Positions 45,712 through 58,462 of a DNA stretch of 64,000 bases are shown one piece after another (the stretch's first letter is position 1; each line of letters begins with the position of its first letter). This DNA comes from an uncultured Actinomycetota bacterium (GTDB taxonomy: Bacteria; Actinomycetota; Actinomycetes; Mycobacteriales; Mycobacteriaceae). Made by a program: the position numbers and the translations under genes. The stretch is from positions 81 through 64,080 of the forward strand of contig CAVXWQ010000030.1 of the NCBI GenBank assembly GCA_963765445.1, in the 5' to 3' direction. Under the pieces are notes generated by a model. That model did not search any database, was not told the origin of the DNA, and worked only from the letters and a program-made list of their open reading frames with translations.

Positions 45712-45740
45712 GCCCGGGTCGGCAGCGCGCCGGCTCGGGC
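45712..45740 (+). terminator. GC-rich hairpin after ptsH
   Basis: GCCCGGGTCGGC-AGCGC-GCCGGCTCGGGC (with G:U pairs) followed by CTTT. Confidence 0.5.
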
Positions 45741-45815
45741 CTTTCGCCATTCCCAGTTTTGGTTAAGCCGGCCCACCCCTGGGTATTGAATTCAACGTCA
45801 GTATCCGAGTTGTCG

Positions 45816-46247
45816 ATGGGCGAGACCGTGAGATGGTGGCTGGTTCCACTCGGCGTAGCGGCCGATGTTCGGCGCGATCATCGCGCTGAACATGCCGGTG
45901 AGCCTCAGCGCCGCCGACCGCACCGGATCGGCGATCACATGCGGCAGTGCCGATGCGCGAAGATCTAAGCACCGCGCGGCACGAGGACTCCCTCAACCAG
46001 CAACTCGACGTGCTGGTCGGTCCGCAGTACCACCCGAGTGACTACGCCGACGGAGTGCGAGTCGCTGATCGCGCTGAAGTGGCGCGTCGCGCTGCCGGTG
46101 GCCTCGCTCGGCGGGCTGGTGATCGCGATCGTCCTGGCCGCTGACGTGGTGTCCGTGCGCGGCCGCGGGCGACACCGGGCCGAGGCCACGGTGGTCACCC
46201 CCGCCCTGGGCTTCCCGAGCGCGCCCATGGGCGGCGCCCACCCGTGA
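45816..46247 (+). CDS. Hypothetical two-TM membrane protein (several frameshifts)
   Basis: WWLVPLGVAA, ITCG, DSLNQQLD...SDYA, ECESL...LGGLVIAIVLA pieces in successive frames. Confidence 0.45.
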
Positions 46248-46259
46248 CAGCCGCGGCGA

Positions 46260-47462
46260 TCAGGCCAGGCCCTTGAGCATCAGGTTCCAGTAGAGGAACG
46301 GCAGCCCGTACTTCTTCAGATACCAGTACGCGCGATGCGGCTTGGTCGGATCCAGCACCGGGAACGACGGTTCCAGGTTCAGGTCGTAGTCGAACTCGGC
46401 GAGCAGCATGTCATGCGAGGACGTCACGATCGGGCACGACGAGTAGCCGTCGTAGGAGCCCGTCAGCGGCCGGCGCTTGAGGTAGGCGTCGATGTTCTCG
46501 ACCACCACCGGTGCCTGCTTGCGCACCGCCGCACCGGTCTTGGCGTTAGGCGAGAGGCGGCGTCCCCGAGCGCGAACACGTTGGGATAGCGCACATGCTG
46601 CATGGTGTGCTTGTCCACCTCGACGTAGCCGGCCGCGTCACCGGTGGACAGCGGGCTGCGCTTGATCCAGTCCGGCGCCGACTGGCGCGGCACGACGTGG
46701 AGCATGTCGTAGGGCAGCATCAGGTCACTGCCGCTGGGCCCGACCGCGGAAATCGCAACCTTGCGTGCGTCGGCGTCCACCGCCGTCATCTCCGACTCGG
46801 TGTGCAAGGTGATGCCGTAGTTCGCGAGCACCTTGTCCAGGCTGTCGGCGATGGCCGGGATTCCGAAGATCCGCGCGCCGGGCACCACCAGGTGCACGTC
46901 GATGTCCTTGAGCACGCCCTGTTTGCGCCAGTAGTCCGACGCCAGGTAGGCGATCTTCTGCCCGGCTCCGGCACACTTCACACCGCCGGTCGGCATGGTG
47001 AACACCGCTGTGCCCGAACGGGTGTCGCGGATGAACTCCCAAGTGCGCGGCGCAAGGTCGAACCGGTAGTTCGAGGACACGCCGTTCTTGCCGAGTGTGG
47101 GCTCGAGCCCGTCGTAGGCGTTCCAGTCGATCTGGATGCCGGGAGCGACCACCAGTACGTCGTAGCCGTAGGTCGAGCCGTCCGAGCACGTGACGGTGTT
47201 GTTGTCCGGGTCGAAGCCGTCGGCGGCCTTGCGAATCCATTTGGCGCCCTTGGGCATCACCGACGACTCCGGTCGTTCGGTCGTCGACGCCTTGGCCTGG
47301 CCGCCGCCGACGAGTGTCCACAGCGGCTGGTAGTAGTGCTTGTCCGACGGTTCGATGACCGCGACGTCGGTGTAGCCCTTGCGCAGCAGGCGCGCGGCGA
47401 CCGTGATGCCGGCCGTGCCGCCGCCGACGATCGAGGACCTGATGTTTGGCAGTGGTGTTCAT
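46260..47462 (-). CDS. sqr: Sulfide:quinone oxidoreductase, type II-like (two frameshifts)
   Basis: VGGGTAG, HYYQPLWTLVGGG, KCAGAGQK, NVFALGD, YDGYSSCPIVT, LAEFDY. Confidence 0.85.
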
Positions 47463-47486
47463 CGCTTCTCTCTGATTCGTTGTGGT

Positions 47487-50082
<2,596 letters not shown>

Positions 50083-50116
50083 GGCCGGTTACCTCCCTCG
50101 AGATTGGATCGCCCGT

Positions 50117-50204
50117 ACATACCACCGGGGGTATGTGCTCACTCTCACCATAGATACCTACAGGGGGTATATGCAAGTGTGATCCGTGCATACCCCTGGG
50201 GGTA
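50117..50204. promoter_or_regulatory. Three CsoR/CstR-type operators (TACC...GGGGGTA)
   Basis: ACATACCACCGGGGGTATGT 50117-50136; ATACCTACAGGGGGTAT 50154-50170; TACCCCTGGGGGTA 50191-50204. Confidence 0.8.
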
Positions 50205-50292
50205 CGTTCGAGAAAGTGACTTTCGGCCCTCACCAGCGCGGCAGGCGGCGGGAGTAAGGCAACCCTGAAAGATCGGCGTTTGCGCTGCTAGC

Positions 50293-51753
50293 ATGCCCGC
50301 TATGCCCGAGCCGCACCCGACCAGTGGCAACACGGCGGTCGGGCGGGTGGGCGCCTTCATCCGCGACTCGGGCTATCTGCGCAAGTGGCTCATCCTCGGT
50401 GTCGCCATCGGCATCATCGCCGGGCTCGGCGCCGTCGTCTTCTACCTCGCCCTGGACTACACCGGCAAGTTCCTGATCGGCTACCTCGGCGGCTACCACA
50501 TGCCCGAGGCCAAGGAGTCCGGCGGCGGAACCGGGTCGGCGGGGTTCGTGCGGCCGTGGGCCATCCCGCTCATCGCCTTCGGCGGCGCCCTGGTGTCGGC
50601 CACGCTGGTGGCCCGGTTCGCCCCCGAGGCCGAAGGCCACGGCACCGACAGCGCCATCGAGGCCGTCCACACCGATCCGCGGTCGATCCGCGGTCGCGCG
50701 GTCGTGGTCAAGATGCTCTCCAGCGCGCTGACCATCGGGTCGGGCGGCTCCGGCGGCCGGGAAGGACCGACCGCGCAGATCTCCGCGGGATTCGGCTCGC
50801 TGCTGACTCGCGTGTTCAACCTGTCGGACGCCGACGGCCGGGTCGCGGTCTCGCTGGGCATCGGGTCCGGGATCGGCGCGATCTTCGGAGCGCCGCTGGG
50901 CGGCGCGGTACTCGCCGCCTCGATCGTCTATCGCGAGGACTTCGACTACAAGGCACTGGTGCCCGGCTTCCTGACGTCGGGGACCGCCTACGCGATCTAC
51001 GGCTCGATCATGGGCTTTGCGCCGATGTTCGGTTTCGTCGAACCCGACTACCGCTTCGACCCGGCGCAACTGGGCTGGTTCCTGGTGATCGGGATCGTCT
51101 CCGCGGCAATCGGTTACCTGTATGCGCGGGTGTTCTACGGAACGGTCGACCTGACTCACCGGCTGCCGGGCGGCAAGGTCATCAAGCCTGCCCTCGGCGG
51201 TCTGATGGTCGGCCTGCTCGCACTGGTGATCCCCCAGGTGCTGTCCAGTGGGTACGGCTGGGTCCAGATCGCCACCACCCGTGAAGGACTGATGACCATC
51301 CCGCTGTGGATCGTCCTCATCCTGCCGATCGCGAAAATCGTTGCGACGTCACTGTCCATCGGCACCGGCGGGTCGGGCGGCATCTTCGGGCCGGGCATCG
51401 TCATCGGCGCATTCGTCGGCGCGGCGATCTGGCGGCTGGCCGACCTCGCGGGCGCACCGGCACTGCCCGCAGGACCGGGTGTGTTCGTCATCGCCGCGAT
51501 GATGGCGTGCTTCGGCAGCGTGGCTCATGCGCCACTGGCCGTGATGATCATGGTCGCCGAGATGACGGGGTCCTTCTCCGTCATCCCCGGCGCGATGGTC
51601 GCCGTCGGAGTGGCGTACCTGATCATCTGCCGCAGCAGCGTGTCGATCTACCAGGCGCAGCGCCTCAACCGTGAGACGGCCGCGGCCGAACGGGTGACCG
51701 TGCCGGCTCCGGAGATCCTCGCGACTCCCGACGACGACGAACCCCGCACCTGA
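50293..51753 (+). CDS. ClC-family chloride channel/antiporter (Rv0143c-like)
   Basis: Intact 486 aa; GGSGGREGP, FGAPLGG, GGSGGIFGP, AEMTG, SIY. Confidence 0.9.
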   Translation: MPAMPEPHPTSGNTAVGRVGAFIRDSGYLRKWLILGVAIGIIAGLGAVVFYLALDYTGKFLIGYLGGYHMPEAKESGGGTGSAGFVRPWAIPLIAFGGALVSATLVARFAPEAEGHGTDSAIEAVHTDPRSIRGRAVVVKMLSSALTIGSGGSGGREGPTAQISAGFGSLLTRVFNLSDADGRVAVSLGIGSGIGAIFGAPLGGAVLAASIVYREDFDYKALVPGFLTSGTAYAIYGSIMGFAPMFGFVEPDYRFDPAQLGWFLVIGIVSAAIGYLYARVFYGTVDLTHRLPGGKVIKPALGGLMVGLLALVIPQVLSSGYGWVQIATTREGLMTIPLWIVLILPIAKIVATSLSIGTGGSGGIFGPGIVIGAFVGAAIWRLADLAGAPALPAGPGVFVIAAMMACFGSVAHAPLAVMIMVAEMTGSFSVIPGAMVAVGVAYLIICRSSVSIYQAQRLNRETAAAERVTVPAPEILATPDDDEPRT

Positions 51754-51769
51754 CACCAGAAAGGCAGCC

Positions 51770-52831
51770 GTGATGCCGAAAACCCCAAGCGTTCATGCGA
51801 TTTCACTCACCGAAGGTGAGATCGTCGAGGAGTCCGACCTCGGTTCGATCCGGCGGGTCACGGCCGACAACTTCCCGATTCTGCGCGGGCTGTCCGTCAA
51901 ACGGGTGGTGATCAACCCCGGCGCCATGCGCACTCCGCACTGGCATGCCAACGCCAACGAGCTGACCTACTGCGTGTCGGGCACCGCGCTGGTCTCGGTT
52001 CTCGACACCTACAGCCAGTTCTCCTCGTTCGTGGTGAGCGCCGGCGACATGTTCCACATCGACTCGGGCTCACTGCATCACATCGAGAACATCGGCGAGG
52101 ACGTCGCCGAGTTCATCATCGCTTTCCGCAGCGAAAGACCGGAGGACTTCGGGCTTTTCGCCGCGTTCGGCGCCATGACCGACGCGGTGCTGGGCAACAC
52201 CTACGACCTGGACGCCGCGGACTTCACCAAGATCCGCCGCAGCACCACCGACCGGTTGCTGGCCAAGCGCACCGGCGATCCGGAGGTGCCGCCGACGGCG
52301 TACTTCGGCGACCCGCACAAGTTCTCCGTCGAGGCACAGTCACCGGCGATCAGCCTCGCGGTCGGTTCGGCGAACCTCGCTCGCGTGCAGTACTGGGGTG
52401 CGCTGAAAGATCTGTCGATGTACTCGCTGCGAATCCGCGAGGACGGGATGCGCGAGCCGCACTGGCATCCGATCACCGCGGAGATGGGCTACGTGCAACG
52501 GGGATCGGCGCGGATGACGGTGATGGATCCCGACGGCACGCTGGACACCTGGTACCTCGAGCAGGGCGACGTCTACTTCGTCCCGCGCGCCTATCCGCAC
52601 CACATCGAGGTCGTCGACTCCCCCGACATGCACTTTCTGATCTTCTTCGACCAGCCGACCCCCGGCGACATCGGCTACCGCGCCTCGATCAGCGCCTACT
52701 CGCGGGAGGTGCTGGCCGCCACGTTCAACGTCCACATCGACGACCTGCCGAACTTCCCGTTCACCAACGCCGACCCGCTGATCGTGACCCGCAACAACCC
52801 GGTGGACGAGCACGCCATGGGTGAGCGCTGA
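51770..52831 (+). CDS. Oxalate decarboxylase-family bicupin
   Basis: Two cupin domains: RTPHWHANANE...HHIEN and REPHWHPITAEMGYV...HHIE. Confidence 0.8.
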   Translation: MMPKTPSVHAISLTEGEIVEESDLGSIRRVTADNFPILRGLSVKRVVINPGAMRTPHWHANANELTYCVSGTALVSVLDTYSQFSSFVVSAGDMFHIDSGSLHHIENIGEDVAEFIIAFRSERPEDFGLFAAFGAMTDAVLGNTYDLDAADFTKIRRSTTDRLLAKRTGDPEVPPTAYFGDPHKFSVEAQSPAISLAVGSANLARVQYWGALKDLSMYSLRIREDGMREPHWHPITAEMGYVQRGSARMTVMDPDGTLDTWYLEQGDVYFVPRAYPHHIEVVDSPDMHFLIFFDQPTPGDIGYRASISAYSREVLAATFNVHIDDLPNFPFTNADPLIVTRNNPVDEHAMGER

Positions 52832-52945
52832 TCGCAAGGACCTAGGTCACCTTCTCGGCACGATTCAGCAAACGGTCGTGCTTTTAGGGCTGTCAGCGTG
52901 CATCCTTCGAGTCGAAGACTCATGTCGACGGCGAGGGGATTCGAG

Positions 52946-53711
52946 ATGTCAGCTCCAACGATGGCGCACCGGCTGGCGGCCGAGTTCGTCGGCACATTCT
53001 TGTTGGTCTTCGGTGGTTGCGGTGCAGCGGTTTTCGCGGCTGACCCGGCCGAGGACAAGTCGGTCGGAATCGGCTTCCTCGGGGTGTCTCTGGCGTTCGG
53101 CCTCACGGTGCTCGCCGGGGTGTACGCATTCGGTGTGATCTCCGGGGGGCACTTCAACCCGGCGGTGACACTCGGTGCGGCGCTGGCCAAGCGCGTGGAG
53201 TGGAAGGCGTTGCCCGCCTACTGGATCACTCAGGTGATCGGCGGCCTGGTCGCCGGCGCGGCTGCATCTACTTCATCGCCAGCGGCAAGCCCGGCTTCGA
53301 CGGCGACAGGCCACATGGCGGCCAACGGTTACGGCGCGCATTCCCCGTTCGGCTACTCGCTGGCGGCGGTGGTGATCACCGAGATCCTGCTCACCTTCAT
53401 CTTCCTGCTGGTGATCCTCGGCGCCACCGACGACCGCGCCCCGAAGGGATTCGCGGGCCTGGCAATCGGTTTGACGCCTCACGCTGATTCACCTGATCTC
53501 GATCCCGATCTCGAACACCTCGGTGAACCCGGCCCGTTCGACCGGCGTCGCGTTCTTCAACGGCGACGGTGCGCCCGCGCAGCTGTGGGTGTTCTGGCTC
53601 GCCCCGCTGGTGGGCGCGGCCATCGCCGGTGTGGTGTACCCGCTGCTGTTCGGCAGAGGGCGAGGAGTTGGCGGACCGGCCGGTGCGCGACGCCGCGCTC
53701 GAGCAGCGTGA
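52946..53711 (+). CDS. aqpZ: Aquaporin Z (frameshifted; 3' end approximate)
   Basis: [51 protein letters not shown]. Confidence 0.88.
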
Positions 53712-53715
53712 AGGG

Positions 53716-54258
53716 TCAGCGCGCCTTCTTGGCGGCGCCCTTCTCCGTCGACGACCCCTCGTGGGTCAGCGCGCCGCCGGCGTTCTCGAGGTGTGCCCGG
53801 ACGAACCACTGGAACTTCTCCAGCTCGGCGGCATGACCGATGAGGATGTCCTGGGTCACCGGGTCGAGTTCCTCGGTGACGCCGATCGACTTGCGGACGT
53901 CCTCGACCACCCCGTCGTACACCAGGTCGAGAGCGGCCAGGTGCGCCTGCACGGTGTCGCGGCCCACGGAGTAGTCGTCCCAGGTGCGGTCCTTGAGAAT
54001 CGCCCCCGGCGTGCCTTGCGGCGAAAAGCCAAGAGTCGCAATGCGTTCGGCAACCTCGTCGGCGTAGCCGCGGACCAGTTCAACCTGCGGGTCGATCATC
54101 TCGTGCACGCCGATGAAGTTGGGGCCCACCACATTCCAGTGCACGTGCTTGAGGGTCAGGTGCAGGTCGTTGTAGGTGCTGAGCTGCTTCTGCAGCAGGT
54201 CGGCCACCTTGCGGGCCTGGTCTTGGGTCATACCGGGGACGGTGAACTTCGAACCCAT
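53716..54258 (-). CDS. dps: DNA starvation/stationary phase protection protein Dps
   Basis: Intact; KHVHWNVVGPNFIGVHEMID, DEVAER, EKFQW; basic C-terminal tail. Confidence 0.95.
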   Translation of the reverse strand: MGSKFTVPGMTQDQARKVADLLQKQLSTYNDLHLTLKHVHWNVVGPNFIGVHEMIDPQVELVRGYADEVAERIATLGFSPQGTPGAILKDRTWDDYSVGRDTVQAHLAALDLVYDGVVEDVRKSIGVTEELDPVTQDILIGHAAELEKFQWFVRAHLENAGGALTHEGSSTEKGAAKKAR

Positions 54259-54336
54259 GAGTCGCTCCTTCGCGTATCGCTGTCGGTGCCACGCATACCC
54301 GGGTCGCCGCGCCGGTAATCAGTACCGGGGGCGGCG

Positions 54337-55250
54337 TCACATTTTGCTGATCTGCTGCACCGGCAGGCGCGCGCCGCGGCGCGGCTCATAGGCCAGTCCG
54401 CTGGCCTCCAGCAGTCGCACCGCGCGGTAGCGGTGCGGACGCACGGGTTCGAGCAGTTCGATCATCCCGGCGTCGTCGACCGGTCGCCCGATCAGCGTCC
54501 AGCCGATCATCTTGCGGCACGTGGTAGTCACCCACCGACAGCGCATCGGCGTCACCGAAGGCCCGCTGCGCTGTCTCGGCCGCCGTCCACACGCCGACAC
54601 CGGGAAGCACGGTCAGCGCCTCGCGGGCTTCGGCGGCCGGCCGGCCGGCCAGCCGTTCCAGCGCGTCGGCCCGCTGGGCACAGCCGACGACGGTGCGGGC
54701 GCGGCCCGGGTCGACGTTGGCGCGGTGGAACTCCCAGGACGGGATCCGCCGCCACACCTGCGCCGACGGCGGCACCCGCATCCGGGCGGGAGCGGGCCCG
54801 GGCGCGGGCCTGCCGAACTTGGTGACCAGCAGCCGCCACGCCCGGAACGCGTCGGCGCCCGGCACCCGCTGCTCGATCACCGCGGGGATCAACGCCTCGA
54901 GGACGCGTCCGGTGCGCCCCAGCCGCAGGTGCGGCACCCGCTTGGCCGCGGCCGCGATGACCGGGTGCACCGGCCGGAAGTCGCTCGGCGTCGTCGTCGG
55001 CACCCAGCAACGCGGGTAGCGCCTCGAGGAACTCCTCGGCACCCTCACCCCAGGCCTGGCACGTCACCGCGTCGGGTGCGCTACGCGAGATCCGGGCGGT
55101 GACCGCACCGCTGGGCTGCAAGCTGGTCCGCCAGATCGCGCGGTCCGCGTCGAGTTGGTAGCAGGGGTCACCCGGTCCGCGGCGTTGCGGCGCAAGCGTC
55201 AGTCCCGGGCTGGCCGGCCCTGGGAACACCACCGTGCGCTCGACGGGCAC
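54337..55250 (-). CDS. HhH-GPD DNA glycosylase family protein (Rv0142-like; two frameshifts)
   Basis: EALIPAVIEQRV, LPGVGVWTA, GDADALSVGDYH. Confidence 0.8.
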
Positions 55251-55253
55251 GCG

Positions 55254-55631
55254 TCAGTCCGGCTCGACGGCGATGTCGGCTTTGGTCGGGTAGAAGGCGA
55301 CGTGCCCGGCGATCGCCGCGACGGCGGGGTACGGCTCGTCGTAGGCCCAGATCGCGTCCTCGACATTCGACCCTCCGACGGTGACATGAAAGTAGCCGGC
55401 CTCGCCCTTGTAGGGGCAGTAGGTGTGAGTTTGGCTGCGGCTCAACACCTTCGGGTCCACATCGCCGATCGGGATGTACTGCACGACGGGATACGTCGCC
55501 TCCTGCAGGCCGAGGGCGGCGCGGGTGTCGGCGACCAGTTCGCCGTTGACCCGCACCCGGACCCGTCCACCGGTCGGCGTGATCGTGATCGGGTGTGCCG
55601 CGGTGGGCTGCTTGACTTCGCGCGTGGTCAT
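55254..55631 (-). CDS. DUF427 family protein
   Basis: HPITI, VADT, YCPYKGEAGY, AIWAY, HVAFY; own ATG with GAGGAG RBS. Confidence 0.88.
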   Translation of the reverse strand: MTTREVKQPTAAHPITITPTGGRVRVRVNGELVADTRAALGLQEATYPVVQYIPIGDVDPKVLSRSQTHTYCPYKGEAGYFHVTVGGSNVEDAIWAYDEPYPAVAAIAGHVAFYPTKADIAVEPD

Positions 55632-55696
55632 CGTCGGTTCTCCTCGCGGTCGGGTGTGTAACGGGTGCAACACCGCTGCCCACCCATGATTCCCCG

Positions 55697-57068
55697 CTAG
55701 GGCCGGCGCGCGATGGCGTCGGCGACCACCGCGATCGGCGAGGTCGCTGGCGCGGCCGCCCTCTTCGTGCCGATCGGCCACCTTGTAGGCGGTGTACATG
55801 CCGCGCACGCCGATCCAGCGGAACGGCTCGGGCTCCCAGGTCTGCGAGTGGTGCCCGACCCAGGGCAGGGCGGTCAGCGGCGTTGAGCGCTTGAGAACCA
55901 GGTCGGTCAGCGTGCGCCCGGCCAGGTTGGTGGCCGTCACGCCGTGGCCGACGTAGCCGCCGGCCTCACCGAGACCGGTCGCCGGATCCAGGTTGACGCC
56001 GGCCGACCAGTCCCGCGGCACGGCCAGCACACCGCACCAGCCGTGCGCGATCGGCACGCCGCGGGTCTGCGGCAGCACGGAGTTGAGCACGCCGGTCAGG
56101 TAGGTGATGGTGCTCTCGCCGACCGCGCCGTCGTTGTCGATGCGCGAGGCGTAGCGGTAGGGCACCGCGCGGCCGCCGATGGCGATGCGGTTGTCGGCGG
56201 TGCGCTGGGCATAGAAGAAGCCGTGCGCCAGGTCGCCCATCGTCTCGTAGCCCGTCCAGCCGATCGTCTTCCAGATGTCGTCGGACATCGGCTCGGTGGC
56301 GATCATCGCGCTGTTCATCGGAAGCCAGCGCCGCCGCAGTCCGGGCATCCGCGCGGTGAACCCCTCGGTGGCCCGCAGCACGATCGGCGCGCGGACCACA
56401 CCCTGGGAGGTCTCGGCCCGGCCGGGGCTGATGGACGTCACCGGGGTCTGCTCGTAGATCGTGACGCCGAGGCGCTCCACCACATCGGCCAGGCCGCGGG
56501 CGAGCTTGGCCGGCTGGATCCGGGCGCAGTGCGGGTTGAACGAGCCGAGCACCAGATGATCGACGCGGATGCGCTCGGCGGCCTCGGCGGCGGTCAGCAT
56601 CTCGATGCCGTCGGTGCCCCACTCGCGGTCCTCGTCGGCCTCCGCGCGCAGCCGGCGGGCCTGCGCGGCGTTGCGGGCGACCTCGAGATTGCCGCCCTTG
56701 ACGATGTCGGCCTGGATGCCTTCGCGGGCCGCGACGTCGATGACCTCGTCGACGGCCTCGTTGAGGGTGCGCTGCCAGGCCACCACGTTGTCGCGGCCGT
56801 ACTTCTTGGCCATCAGTCCGCGGTGCCCGGGCGCCAGCCCGGACAGCCAGCCGCCGTTTCGTCCGGACGCGCCGAACCCGGCGAAACGCGCCTCCAGAAC
56901 GGTGATCCGCAGCGACGGGTCGGCCTTCTTCAGGTAGTAGGCGGTCCACAGTCCGGTGTAGCCGGCGCCGACGATGCACACGTCGGCGTCGCGGTCACCG
57001 GGCAGAGCGGGACGCGGTTGCGGGAGTTCGGTGAACCAGTGCGAGACGGCGCCGTTGATCGTGGCCAT
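55697..57068 (-). CDS. FAD-dependent oxidoreductase, DAO/PuuB-like family
   Basis: IVGAGYTGLWTA, GASGRNGG, QPAKL, GYVGHGV, WEPEP; probable true stop TAG at 55697 after an indel near 55745. Confidence 0.85.
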
Positions 57069-57181
57069 GGGAAGAATCTTGGCAGCCCGACCTGTGGACG
57101 CCTAATCGTTTTCCGCGGCCGGCAGGGGCCAGTACGCTGGCCGCGACACAGCCCACCTCAGAGAGCGGAGTCGACGACCCG

Positions 57182-58042
57182 ATGACCCACGTGAACCGCT
57201 CTCTGTTGGCCGCGCTCGCGCTGGTGCTGCTCGTCCTCGCCGGGCCGGCCGGGGTGTCCCACGCCGACGACATCGTCCCGGGCGTCGCGTTGACCACCAC
57301 GTCGAATGCCCCGCTGCGCAACGGCGGCACTTACGGCGTGGGCATCGTCGTCGTCGCGCATTTCGATGCGCCGGTCGGCGACCGCGCCGCCGCGGAGCAA
57401 GCGCTCGCGGTCACCACGGCCCCGCCGGTGTCCGGGGCATGGCATTGGGTCGACGACCGGACGGCGCACTGGCGTCCGCCGCAGTACTACGCCCCGGGCA
57501 CGGCGGTCACGGTCGGGGCGGAGGAGAAGCCGTTGGTGACCTTCGCGATCGGCCCGTCCCACATGTCCGTCGCCGACGACGCCACCAAGCAGGTGAGCGT
57601 CTTCGACGGCGGGGCGCTGGTGCGCACCATGCCCACCTCGATGGGCCGCGGCGGCACCGAGAAGGTCGGCGACAAGACGCTGAGCTTCTGGACCCAGCCC
57701 GGCACCTACACCGTGCTGGACAAGAGCAATCCGGTGGTGATGGATTCCTCGACATACGGTCTGCCGATCAACAATCACCTCGGGTACAAGGAGTCGATCG
57801 ACTACGCGGTGCGCATCAGCACCGACGGGGTCTACATGCACGAACTCGACGCCACGGTCTGGGCGCAGGGCCACACCGACACCAGTCACGGCTGTCTGAA
57901 CCTCAACCACGACAACGCCCAGTGGTTCTACAACTTCTCGGTGCCCGGCGATGTCGTGGAGGTCCGCAACACCGGGGGTCAGCCGCTGCAGTTGTGGCAG
58001 AACGGCGACTGGACCATGCCGTGGGATCAGTGGGCCGGATAG
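57182..58042 (+). CDS. L,D-transpeptidase (LdtA-like)
   Basis: Signal peptide, HWRP, MPTSMG, catalytic MHEL...TSHGCLN. Confidence 0.92.
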   Translation: MTHVNRSLLAALALVLLVLAGPAGVSHADDIVPGVALTTTSNAPLRNGGTYGVGIVVVAHFDAPVGDRAAAEQALAVTTAPPVSGAWHWVDDRTAHWRPPQYYAPGTAVTVGAEEKPLVTFAIGPSHMSVADDATKQVSVFDGGALVRTMPTSMGRGGTEKVGDKTLSFWTQPGTYTVLDKSNPVVMDSSTYGLPINNHLGYKESIDYAVRISTDGVYMHELDATVWAQGHTDTSHGCLNLNHDNAQWFYNFSVPGDVVEVRNTGGQPLQLWQNGDWTMPWDQWAG

Positions 58043-58431
58043 CTACTGCACGATCAGCTGGCCGTGCATCGACGGGTGATAGGTGCAGTGGTAGGCGTAC
58101 GTCCCGGGCTGCGTCGGCGCGGTGAACGTGGCGGTTCCGTTGTCGCCCACCTCCGCGTTGAACGCGTTGCCGGAGTCCGCCGTGACGGTGTGCTCGACAC
58201 TGTCGGAGTTGACGACGGTCACGGTGGCACCCGGGGTGACGGTCAGCGGCGCGCTGAACTTCATGTCAGCGATGGAGATCTTCGGGCCTGCCGCGGTGGC
58301 GGTGGCGGATGCGGCGGCGGTGGAGGACGCAGCCGAGGGCTCTCCGGGGACGCCGTGGTGGTGGTGCTTCCCGACGAGCAACCGGTCACGAACAGCAGGG
58401 TGGCGAACGCAAGTGCGATGAGACGTGTCAT
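58043..58431 (-). CDS. Cupredoxin (blue copper) lipoprotein (5' frameshift)
   Basis: MTRLIALAFATLLFVTGC lipobox; HTVT and YHCTYHPSMHG supply His/Cys/His/Met type-1 copper ligands. Confidence 0.85.
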
Positions 58432-58462
58432 AGCCCATACACGAATTGACGGACGTGCCGGT

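Noticed and set aside
55254-57068. 604-aa FAD oxidoreductase-DUF427 fusion
   Set aside because: DUF427 has its own RBS and ATG at 55631; the oxidoreductase has a plausible stop at 55697 in an adjacent frame and the linker reads like intergenic DNA
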